From: a virus
Lineage: Duplodnaviria; Caudoviricetes
DNA: 64,000 nt
IMG/VR virus record: IMGVR_UViG_3300034071_000801
Coordinates: 47,405 to 111,404 of that record
Direction: 5' to 3' (one strand)
Part shown: one piece after another, positions 35,081 through 44,567 of the stretch
Numbering within the stretch: position 1 is the stretch's first letter
Layout of the letters: each line of letters begins with the position of its first letter
Translations under genes and position numbers: made by a program
The notes under the pieces: model-generated
Databases searched by the model: none
The model's input: only the letters and a program-made list of their open reading frames with translations
Told to the model about the DNA's origin: nothing

Positions 35081-36313
35081 ATGTCTGAAAATCAAAGCTT
35101 GTTACATAGATTAGAAGAGTTATTAAGGCAAAAGAAAAGTAAAAAGTTCTATGCAGAGAAACTAGGAATAAGTGAATTTGAAGTGAATGATCTTCTAAAA
35201 GAGCTGAGAGAAAAAGATGATGTTGATGATATGCTTGTAGGAATTGCTACTAAATTCATGGAAGAATCTAGAAAAGTGAATGTTGAAAAAGGAACAATAG
35301 AAAGTACTGTCACTAGTGCATTCGAACCTAAAGATGATCTTGAGTTAGCTAAGCTACATAAGATAAACCTAGATAAATACGTCATTACCAATTATTGGTC
35401 TAAGATGTTACCAAGTGGAAGTTTTACTTCCTCAGTCTTTTCAAAAAGAAAAGAAGCAAAAGATTACTCTCCTGAAGACTTTGCTAAGTTTTTAGAAAAC
35501 TACAAACCAACTAATGTATCAATCATCAAAGAAGATCGTACTACTGATAAAGATTATGTAGACGTAGAAATATCTTTATCTGATTTTCATTTAGCTAAAA
35601 GATGTGTAGATGGTGATAATGATCCAAAGACAAGAGCTTTAAGATATTTCAATGTGGCTCAATCTTTGATCTGTAAAGTGAAAGCTAATTACAATATAAA
35701 TACTGTTGTACTTCCTATATCAAATGATTTCTTCCATACTGATAACTACCAACACCAAACTACACAGGGTACACCACAAGATACTATAATGGATTACCAT
35801 TCAGAGTATGAATTAGGGTTTTCTGTTCTTGTAGATACAATTAATATGTTGAGACAGTATGCTAGCGATGTAACTGTTGTACTTGTACAAGGTAATCATG
35901 ATAGAACTAAATCCTTTTACTTAGCACATGCATTAGATGTATATTTTCAAGATGCTATGGATGTAGATTTTATCAGAGAACATTCAGTTATCAAAGCTAA
36001 GGTGTTAGGTAATACATTTATTGGATGGCACCATGGTAATTGTAAATTAGATGATCTTCCTTTATTGTTTGCTACACATCCTGAATATAGTCATTTCTTT
36101 GGTAATGCTAAATACAGAGAGATACACACAGGAGATAAACATCACTACATGGCTAAAGAAGTCAAAGGTGTAAGAATACAACAAATGCCTAGCTTGTCTG
36201 GTACAGACAGATGGCACTTAGATAATAATTACGTACACTCAGTACGTGCAGCTCTTGCTCTAGTTTATGATTATAAGCTAGGTAAAATAGCAGAGTTCGA
36301 AACTCGAATATAA
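35081..36313 (+). CDS. Calcineurin-like metallophosphoesterase/nuclease with N-terminal HTH
   Basis: SDFH, NDFFH, GNHD, HHG, GDKHH motifs; YAEKLGISEFEV helix-turn-helix. Confidence 0.82.
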   Translation: MSENQSLLHRLEELLRQKKSKKFYAEKLGISEFEVNDLLKELREKDDVDDMLVGIATKFMEESRKVNVEKGTIESTVTSAFEPKDDLELAKLHKINLDKYVITNYWSKMLPSGSFTSSVFSKRKEAKDYSPEDFAKFLENYKPTNVSIIKEDRTTDKDYVDVEISLSDFHLAKRCVDGDNDPKTRALRYFNVAQSLICKVKANYNINTVVLPISNDFFHTDNYQHQTTQGTPQDTIMDYHSEYELGFSVLVDTINMLRQYASDVTVVLVQGNHDRTKSFYLAHALDVYFQDAMDVDFIREHSVIKAKVLGNTFIGWHHGNCKLDDLPLLFATHPEYSHFFGNAKYREIHTGDKHHYMAKEVKGVRIQQMPSLSGTDRWHLDNNYVHSVRAALALVYDYKLGKIAEFETRI

Positions 36314-36315
36314 TT

Positions 36316-37044
36316 ATGGCAACATTAAGAAAATTAGTATCAGATGTTAGAAGTGTCCACAAGATACTTTCTACAGATAGTCTTATTACAGATAGAGCAA
36401 TTGCTTCTGAGATAAGAAACAACTCCTTGTTATTAATCAAGAGAGAAACCAATCTTAGAAAGCTTTGGGCTACTGATACACTATTTACCACTATCCCTTG
36501 TTTAGAGATGATAGAAGTATCTATTTCTGAATGTTGTGATTATGTTGATCCTTGTTCTATAGCTAGAACTAAATTTAAACTCCCACGTATATCAGAAGGT
36601 AATTACCAATATGTTATTCAAGGAGTTTATTCTATTAATGCCATGAGTGGTAAAGGAAAGAAGTTAAAAGAAATAACTGTCAATCGATATATAAATCTGT
36701 TAACTCTTCCTGTAATTAAGAATCAAGAATACTTCTGGATATCTAATGGATATCTATATGTAAACAATCCTTTACTTAAAGCAATTAGATTTGTAGCTTT
36801 CTTTGAAGAAGATGTAACTAATGATATCATGTATCCTGAATGTGGATGTGGTACACCAGAATACACCACTGATGAGATATGTAAGAATCCTTTAGATAAA
36901 GAATTTGCTCTTCCTGGATACTTAGAACAACAAGTGTTACAACTTACCTCACAGAAACTATTATCTACTTATTTTAATATTAAAACAGATACTAGTCAAG
37001 AAGGAATAGATGGTCAAGCTCCTAACTCAAAACCAACTAATTAA
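36316..37044 (+). CDS. Putative tail ring protein
   Basis: 242 aa; crAss-like synteny before the IHF-like and tail genes. Confidence 0.55.
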   Translation: MATLRKLVSDVRSVHKILSTDSLITDRAIASEIRNNSLLLIKRETNLRKLWATDTLFTTIPCLEMIEVSISECCDYVDPCSIARTKFKLPRISEGNYQYVIQGVYSINAMSGKGKKLKEITVNRYINLLTLPVIKNQEYFWISNGYLYVNNPLLKAIRFVAFFEEDVTNDIMYPECGCGTPEYTTDEICKNPLDKEFALPGYLEQQVLQLTSQKLLSTYFNIKTDTSQEGIDGQAPNSKPTN

Positions 37045-37523
37045 TGAGGACAAAGGTTGATTGGAGAAGCTCTAGTAAAGATAACTATAATCAGTTTTGC
37101 AAAAAACATCAATCTGTAAAATTAACTTTTGATGAATGGAGGAATATATTATACACCTACAATGAATCATTTAAAGAATATATTTTAGAGACTGGTGAGA
37201 AAGCAAAGCTTCCTTATGGATTTGGAGAATTCTCTATCAACAAGAAGAAAAGAAAAAGATTAAAAAATAACATAGATGGTAAAGAATTCATTAATCTACC
37301 AATCGATTGGCAAAAAACTAAAGAGAAAGGAAAAGTTATTTATAACTTTAATTATCATACGGAAGGTTATTTTTTTGGTTGGATGTGGTTTAAACCCACA
37401 GCACGTTTTAAAAATTCTGACTTTTGGTATTTCAAACCTTCTAGGTTAACATCAAGACTTCTATCACACTACTTAAAGACCAACGACAAGTATCAACACA
37501 TCTATAATGAATGGAAAAAATAA
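37044..37523 (+). CDS. IHF-like protein of the crAss-like tail module
   Basis: GEKAKLPYGFGEFSI and IDWQKTK motifs; conserved position. Confidence 0.65.
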   Translation: MRTKVDWRSSSKDNYNQFCKKHQSVKLTFDEWRNILYTYNESFKEYILETGEKAKLPYGFGEFSINKKKRKRLKNNIDGKEFINLPIDWQKTKEKGKVIYNFNYHTEGYFFGWMWFKPTARFKNSDFWYFKPSRLTSRLLSHYLKTNDKYQHIYNEWKK

Positions 37524-37526
37524 ATT

Positions 37527-38501
37527 ATGTCGTACTACTATAAATATGCTTTCATAAGCCCAGAACCTGTCTACTCAACTGTTAAAGAAGAATTAAAATC
37601 TTATTTTGATACAGGTGCTGTAGATGATCTTTTATTTCCTACTTACTTAGACAAAGCTCTAAAGAAGTTAGGAAGAACTACTTATGTGATTACTGATGAA
37701 GTTTTATTTGTTGAAGACTTCCAAGCAAGACTTCCTGATAACTTTTATGCTGTTAGAGAAGCTTGGATGACTACAGAGGTGGCTGGATTCCCTTATCAAT
37801 CAGCTAATTCATTTTATTCACAAGCAGCTTCAGCTACTACAATTCAAGTGGCACCATTAACTATTGGAGGAACTCCTTGTAATAAACCTGGATGTCAAAC
37901 ACCACAATGTGATGGTACATGTATGCCTGTACTTGTACAAGCTGTATATAAGACAAACAATAGTGTAGCCAGAGGATTTACTCATGACTATTTACTTAAG
38001 CCTGGAAACATCTCTGCAAGACAAAACTGTGGAGTGGAATATACAAACAATTGGGAATTCTATTCAGAAGCTCCACCTATTCATCAATTCACTCCTGGCT
38101 CTGCTAGTTATGATTCATTTGATATACGAGATAATAAGTTTGTAACCAATTTTAGAAATGGTGTAGTACATTTAATATTTTATGCTACAGAGTATGATGA
38201 GATAGGAAATCAATTAATTCCTGATAATTATCGTATAAGAGAATATGTAGAAGCATTCCTTAAGTTTAAGATATTTGAGACTCTTACTAATCAAACTAAT
38301 GATGAAACTTTTAATCAGTTACAGCAGAAGTTGATGTATCATAAACAAGCATATGAAGAAGCTTTCATCATGGCTAGTATTGAAATTAAGAAACAAACTC
38401 CTTGGGAGAAACAAAGAAGAATCAAAAATGATCTTAATAGATTTAATATGTATGAACTTCCTAACAGAACTAATAGAGCTGGAAGAAGACGTAATAATTA
38501 A
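37527..38501 (+). CDS. Putative tail tubular (ring) protein
   Basis: 324 aa; DEIGNQLIPD motif; immediately before the stabilization protein. Confidence 0.6.
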   Translation: MSYYYKYAFISPEPVYSTVKEELKSYFDTGAVDDLLFPTYLDKALKKLGRTTYVITDEVLFVEDFQARLPDNFYAVREAWMTTEVAGFPYQSANSFYSQAASATTIQVAPLTIGGTPCNKPGCQTPQCDGTCMPVLVQAVYKTNNSVARGFTHDYLLKPGNISARQNCGVEYTNNWEFYSEAPPIHQFTPGSASYDSFDIRDNKFVTNFRNGVVHLIFYATEYDEIGNQLIPDNYRIREYVEAFLKFKIFETLTNQTNDETFNQLQQKLMYHKQAYEEAFIMASIEIKKQTPWEKQRRIKNDLNRFNMYELPNRTNRAGRRRNN

Positions 38502-38506
38502 TAATT

Positions 38507-41500
38507 ATGGCAGAAGAGCAACAACAAGGTAATATTAGACAAGAGTATAATAATGGTACTGTTGGTTTAAATATGGATCAAACTTTGAACCAGATTAAAC
38601 CAGGTACATTAACTTATGCCTTAAATGCTGCTTTAGAAAACTTTGATTCTAGTTCTGTTAATTATCAGAATGAACAAGGTAATGAATTATGTGTTACATT
38701 TCCTAAAGGATATATATTAATTGGTACACATTTTATTAATGAGCAAAACAAACATATATTCTACATAACCAATCCTGATACAAATGGTAGTCAGATTGGA
38801 TATATGGATAACAATGATTGTATCTATCATATATTAGTTAGTGCATCATGTCTTAACTTCAACATCAATAATCCTATACATAAAACTGTACATAAGATTA
38901 CAAATTGTACAACAGAGATATATTGGACAGATGGATTAAATCCAAGAAGATATTTAGATATTAATAATATACCAAAACTATTACAAATAGGTAGTACGCT
39001 TTGTGATCCAATATACACTGATGAGTTAGATTGTAATCAACTTAAATTACAACCAAACTTTAGTATTCCACAAATTGCTGTAACAGATATTACTACAGGA
39101 GGAGAACTTGTTGCTGGTACATACCAATTTGCTGCTCAGTATTCTGATGCTTCTGGTAATCCTTATACATCATATTATTCTGTTACTAATCCTACACCTA
39201 TTGCAGATCCTTTCATAACAACAGTTAATTATAATTATACTGTTGGAAAATCTATTGTTCTTAGTCTATCTGAATTAGATATATCAGGACAATATCAATA
39301 TTTCAATTTAGCTGTTATTAAAACAGTTAATGGAATAACTTCTGTAGAATTAGTAGGAACATATTTTATTGAACAAGCTAATGATCAAATTACTTATACA
39401 GGTCAAAATAAAACTCAGATAAGATTAACTATCAATGATATATTTGAGAAGTTTCCTTACTACGATATAGCACAAGATCTTACATCTGTACAAGATATTC
39501 TTGTATGGGATAATCTTACATCCATAGATAGAATTAACTATCAAAGTATTGCTTCTGGTATAAATCTATTATGGGAAACATATAAGATTCCTGCTAATGA
39601 AAACTATGCTGATGAATTAAATGCTACAAACTTACGTGGATATCTACGTGATGAAGTGTATGCTATTGAAATTGTATTCTTATTAAAAAATGGAAAGCAA
39701 ACAGATGGGTTTCATATTCCTGGAAGAGTAAAAGGAATTATTGAAAACACAACTCCAGATGTAGTTGATACAGATCCTGATTTCATTGGGCAACCAGAAC
39801 CAGGTACAAACTATAGTCCTTATTGGAAAATATATAATACAGCAAGTGTTCTTGGTACTGCTCCAGAATATTCACCAGATCCTACATACAAAGGACCATA
39901 TCAATTTGGTGAATTTGCTTATTGGGAATCTACAGATGAATATCCTTGTAATGTAGATGTATGGGGTGATCTCGCTGGTCAACCAATTAGACATCATAAG
40001 TTTCCAGATATCCTTGTTAGTCCAATGTTTGAATCAAAACTATTCTCTAGTCCTGGAGCAATGGTAATGGGTAATGATGCTGTATTCCCTATTGGAATCA
40101 AAATAAATAATGATGAGATAAAAAGTCTTATCAGTGTATCTAATCTAACTACTGAACAAAAAGATGATATAGTTGGATACAAAATAGTAAGAGGAGATAG
40201 AGGAACAAATAAATCTATTGTAGCAAAAGGTATATTAAGAAATGTAGGAACATATGAAAGAGAAAAACAACAATATTTCTATCCAAACTATCCATACAAT
40301 GATCTTCATCAAGATCCTTTCTTAAATCAAACTAATAATGCTTGGACACAATTGTGTGAGCCATTTGTTGTAACTATAACATTCTTAGATTCAGATCCTA
40401 ATGGAGGACCTAGTTATGCAGAAATAGAATACACTAGTTGTAACAATGATAAAATAACAACAGAGAAATTATATAATGTAGGAACTTATCCAATTTGTGC
40501 TATAACCAAACCTATTATCAAAGCTGGTAAAGGTACTTCTGCATATGGTAATTATGAGATATGGAGAATTGCTTCTACTGGTAATGCTTTTCAATTTTGT
40601 GCTGGATGGAAAGCTCAATGGACAGATGAGTTTGGAGAGATAAAAGAAGAATGGGTAGAAGGTTGGCCAACTAATTCTAGTTATACAATTCATGTAAAAC
40701 TTGGAACAGAACCTATATGTATTGATAATTGTGATTCATGTGGACAAAGACGTGATTTTATAGAAATTGTAAATGCTACAAATCAATGTAAGGTACCTAT
40801 ACCACAACCTCCAATATCAGATAATGATTCATACAGACAAATATTTAATTCACCTGAAACATCTTTTGGACAACCATTCTTAGGAGCTATTCTTAAATTA
40901 GAGAATGTAATATTTGGTGGAGGTAAAGGACATTTTGTTCAAGTGAAAGGTAATGCAAAATATAAACTTCTTACAAAAGAAGCACAAGAAGATGCACTTA
41001 AATCTGCACAAGAAGTTGGATCTTTAAGTGTAGGATTTAATGCTACAGCAATGTTTACTGTATACCAAGCATATTTAACAATATATGTAAATGGTATTAC
41101 AAGAAGAAACTATGCTCAATCATTTAACTCTATAGCTGATTATAACTATTCAGAATCTATTCCTAATGATCTTGGTGTTAAACAAAGAAACTTAGATATA
41201 AAAAGATATTTAATTCCTGGAGTTGAATCTGTAGGAGATATACATCCTGTTAATAATTATAGAAGAGAATCTTCAGTTTATTTAAGAACATCACTTTTTA
41301 GAGAAGATGGTGTTACACCAGTACCAGCAATACCATTTCCTAGTAATAGTCCTAATATGCTTATAGGAGGATCTCCTAAAATTACAGATTATTCAAGATT
41401 TACTATTGGAAGTACAACAGCATGTTCTTCTCCTGAGAAAGAACAAGACTTACGTGCAGTTTCTTATTATGCTTCATTAAAAAATCAATTTGTAAATCAA

Positions 41501-43699
41501 TGGGGACAATTATATTCCTATGAAACAATTGATACAGGATTCCAAAGAAGTATTAACTCAGTAGGATCTGATGTAGTATTTGGTGGAGATACATTCATTT
41601 CTCGTTTTGCATTTAAAACTAAGCTTCCATTCTTTATTGATAATAGAGTGAATGCTCCTGATGATAGTGATATATTCTATGATGAGATTGGTAATATAGC
41701 TTATCCAAAATACTGGCATTCTGCTAGATCTATACTAAGTGACTACACTGTTACAGCTGGTGCAACAGGTGTATTAACAAATATCATATCATACAAAGCA
41801 CATAACTTTGATTGTCCTAATAGTCAATTACCTGCTCCTCCAGAATCTAATCCTAATAGAACATATTATGATGGATACTTTTATCTATTTGCATATGGTG
41901 TGCCTAACTTCTATTGTGAGAGTTCTTACAATACAGATCTTAGACAAGCCTTTAATAATAGAGAAGGAGATTTCTGGCCACATGTAAGTACTAACATTCC
42001 TGATGATTGGGTACAAGAAGATTTTGTATCTATAGCAAATGACAATACATATACATACAATGTAACTTTTTCTAAACAGAATAAAGAAAATACATTTACA
42101 CATCTTCCTCCAGATTGGACAGCTCAATTGTGTTATACATATTATCCATTTAGAGCTATATATTCTGATTCACAAAATATTGATTCAGATAATAAAGTGA
42201 ATAGTTGGTTAACGTATAGAGCAATTTCATATTTTGATTTTCCTCAAAACTTTGGAGATCTTACATCATTAGATGGTATTCAGAATAGAGCTATATTAGC
42301 TAGGTTTGAGAATAAGAGTTTAATGTATAATAATCTTCTTACAATTGATACAAGTAATCCACAAGCTGCATATGTAGGTAACCCAACATTATTTAAAGGT
42401 GCTCCTCCAATTGACTTTGCGGAAACAGATCTTGGATATGTAGGAAGTCAGAATAAGTTCTTATTGAAAATACCACAAGGACAAATAACTGTAGATGCTA
42501 AGAGAGGACAAGTGTTTTTAATCTCTGGTACTGAGTCTGTAGATTTATCTGCATTTGGTTCTGGGATGAATAGATTCTTTACAGATCATTTAGCTTTTGA
42601 AATTCTTAGATATTATCCAAATGTAGATACAGATAATAACTTTACAGGTATAGGATTACATGGTGTATATGATAGTAAGTTTGATAGAGTTATTATATCA
42701 AAGCTTGATTATATTCCATTAGATAGTAATATTAAATATGATGCTACACTAAGAGAATTCTATATTGAAGAAATTGTAAATGAACTTACATTTAGAACAC
42801 AAGTGTATTTGACAGATCCAGATTATTTCTGTAATAAGTCTTGGACACTTTCATATAATGTAAATACTAAAACATGGATATCATTTCATAGTTACATTCC
42901 TAATTTCTATATAGCTGAAAACAATTTCTTCTATTCAGGAATTAATGGATGTTGTGAAGACTTTGATTTAGTTGCAGGAGAAATAGTTCCTACACCTAGT
43001 ACAACTACTACTACATCTAGTAGCACATCATCAACTACAACAACCAGTACTACTGTGGCTCCTTTAGATTGTACATTAGTTGGAACAGTAGTTCTAACAA
43101 ATTGTACACTTCAAGGAACAGCAGTAGTTACAGTACCTCCAGTTCCACCACCTTGTACAAGACCTACTACATTGAATACATATACATTAATTACAGGATA
43201 TAATATAATAGCTCCACCTTCAACTGTTGTTTCAACAGGAAGTCAAGTGAACGCATGTGCTGCTATAGCATATGTAACAACACATTCAGATTTTACATAT
43301 ACATCAATTCAAGGAGAAGCATTTATTCTTTCTGTAGGTCAAACTATATATGCAAGTAATGGTACAAATGATTGTTCAGTAATACCTGATGGTTGGTATT
43401 TTACAGATGAAAGTGCACATACAACAACAAATGTATATCATGTTGTATCAGGAATAATTACTCAAATAGTAACATGTGTTCCTACTACAACTACTACCAC
43501 TACATTTTCTTGTACATCTTACACTATTAGTAAATCTACAGTAGGTGTAGTTTCAGTAACATATACAGATTGTACAGGTGTAGTTACAAGTGCAAGTGTT
43601 GGTGAAGTAGGAGGAGGACCTTCATTCACAACATTCTGTGCAAGATGTTGTATATCTACTCCACCAGAAGTAACATTAACTAATAACGGACCTTGTTAA
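38507..43699 (+). CDS. Tail stabilization (muzzle/nozzle) protein with Thr/Cys-rich C-terminal extension
   Basis: 1730 aa; GLNMD, YWTDGLNPRRY, FGGDTFISRF, SWTLSY...WISFHSY motifs typical of crAss-like stabilization proteins. Confidence 0.75.
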   Translation: MAEEQQQGNIRQEYNNGTVGLNMDQTLNQIKPGTLTYALNAALENFDSSSVNYQNEQGNELCVTFPKGYILIGTHFINEQNKHIFYITNPDTNGSQIGYMDNNDCIYHILVSASCLNFNINNPIHKTVHKITNCTTEIYWTDGLNPRRYLDINNIPKLLQIGSTLCDPIYTDELDCNQLKLQPNFSIPQIAVTDITTGGELVAGTYQFAAQYSDASGNPYTSYYSVTNPTPIADPFITTVNYNYTVGKSIVLSLSELDISGQYQYFNLAVIKTVNGITSVELVGTYFIEQANDQITYTGQNKTQIRLTINDIFEKFPYYDIAQDLTSVQDILVWDNLTSIDRINYQSIASGINLLWETYKIPANENYADELNATNLRGYLRDEVYAIEIVFLLKNGKQTDGFHIPGRVKGIIENTTPDVVDTDPDFIGQPEPGTNYSPYWKIYNTASVLGTAPEYSPDPTYKGPYQFGEFAYWESTDEYPCNVDVWGDLAGQPIRHHKFPDILVSPMFESKLFSSPGAMVMGNDAVFPIGIKINNDEIKSLISVSNLTTEQKDDIVGYKIVRGDRGTNKSIVAKGILRNVGTYEREKQQYFYPNYPYNDLHQDPFLNQTNNAWTQLCEPFVVTITFLDSDPNGGPSYAEIEYTSCNNDKITTEKLYNVGTYPICAITKPIIKAGKGTSAYGNYEIWRIASTGNAFQFCAGWKAQWTDEFGEIKEEWVEGWPTNSSYTIHVKLGTEPICIDNCDSCGQRRDFIEIVNATNQCKVPIPQPPISDNDSYRQIFNSPETSFGQPFLGAILKLENVIFGGGKGHFVQVKGNAKYKLLTKEAQEDALKSAQEVGSLSVGFNATAMFTVYQAYLTIYVNGITRRNYAQSFNSIADYNYSESIPNDLGVKQRNLDIKRYLIPGVESVGDIHPVNNYRRESSVYLRTSLFREDGVTPVPAIPFPSNSPNMLIGGSPKITDYSRFTIGSTTACSSPEKEQDLRAVSYYASLKNQFVNQWGQLYSYETIDTGFQRSINSVGSDVVFGGDTFISRFAFKTKLPFFIDNRVNAPDDSDIFYDEIGNIAYPKYWHSARSILSDYTVTAGATGVLTNIISYKAHNFDCPNSQLPAPPESNPNRTYYDGYFYLFAYGVPNFYCESSYNTDLRQAFNNREGDFWPHVSTNIPDDWVQEDFVSIANDNTYTYNVTFSKQNKENTFTHLPPDWTAQLCYTYYPFRAIYSDSQNIDSDNKVNSWLTYRAISYFDFPQNFGDLTSLDGIQNRAILARFENKSLMYNNLLTIDTSNPQAAYVGNPTLFKGAPPIDFAETDLGYVGSQNKFLLKIPQGQITVDAKRGQVFLISGTESVDLSAFGSGMNRFFTDHLAFEILRYYPNVDTDNNFTGIGLHGVYDSKFDRVIISKLDYIPLDSNIKYDATLREFYIEEIVNELTFRTQVYLTDPDYFCNKSWTLSYNVNTKTWISFHSYIPNFYIAENNFFYSGINGCCEDFDLVAGEIVPTPSTTTTTSSSTSSTTTTSTTVAPLDCTLVGTVVLTNCTLQGTAVVTVPPVPPPCTRPTTLNTYTLITGYNIIAPPSTVVSTGSQVNACAAIAYVTTHSDFTYTSIQGEAFILSVGQTIYASNGTNDCSVIPDGWYFTDESAHTTTNVYHVVSGIITQIVTCVPTTTTTTTFSCTSYTISKSTVGVVSVTYTDCTGVVTSASVGEVGGGPSFTTFCARCCISTPPEVTLTNNGPC

Positions 43700-43700
43700 C

Positions 43701-44567
43701 ATGTCAAAAACTATAACCATAAAATTAACAAAAGCTGGACCAACTGCTGGACCATTCACTATCTATGACCAATTTGGAAATATCATAGCAGAGAATATTC
43801 CTAAGAAAACTCTTATTGCTGGTATTAGTTATATTGTAAATGATGATGTTACAATAATTACAATTAAATCTGTAGGAAATTGTACAGTGGAAAAGACTAT
43901 AAATCTTGCTCCTATCACTACGGAACAATATGCAAATATTCAATTCTCACAAACTACAACAGCTTGTGTATGGAGACATTTAACTAACATAAGATTGTAT
44001 AATGAGTTCTATGGAGTGATACAACCATACATCATTGAGTATCCTTTTGCATATCAATTCCAAGATGAAATCCTTCAGAATGTAAAAGATTATACAAAAG
44101 CATATGAATATATTCCTATACTGGATGGTGTATTTAATTATAACACAAGAATAGAAACAAATGATAAATGGTTTAACAAAGCTATTCTATATAATGGACA
44201 ACAGAGCTCTGGTATTCTTGAGCTTGTGGCTAAGCCTCTTAATAACTTAAAAGCTTACATGCAATATCCTATTCTTAATACTGAGAGTAAAACTATCACA
44301 TACACTAAGAGTGATAACTTCTATCAGTATAATACATTCTGGGCTACAGAAATAAGTTCTCAGATTCCATTATTTAGAACAACTTGTGAGAGTCTTTCTA
44401 TAGATAAGGTGGTGAATCAAGCTAATATGGATTATGGTCCTAGAAGCTTTAAGAAAGCCACGCTAAGAGCAAAAGAATTAAAAGTGAGACATATCTTAGA
44501 CAACAGTAATACAACGCATCTAGTAAGCCAATTCATATTAACTCCTGCACAAATATCTTATAAGTAA
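43701..44567 (+). CDS. Tail protein, probably the detached C-terminal part of the stabilization protein
   Basis: PYIIEY and FNKAILYNGQQSSG motifs; N-terminal domain shared with ORF 34399. Confidence 0.55.
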   Translation: MSKTITIKLTKAGPTAGPFTIYDQFGNIIAENIPKKTLIAGISYIVNDDVTIITIKSVGNCTVEKTINLAPITTEQYANIQFSQTTTACVWRHLTNIRLYNEFYGVIQPYIIEYPFAYQFQDEILQNVKDYTKAYEYIPILDGVFNYNTRIETNDKWFNKAILYNGQQSSGILELVAKPLNNLKAYMQYPILNTESKTITYTKSDNFYQYNTFWATEISSQIPLFRTTCESLSIDKVVNQANMDYGPRSFKKATLRAKELKVRHILDNSNTTHLVSQFILTPAQISYK

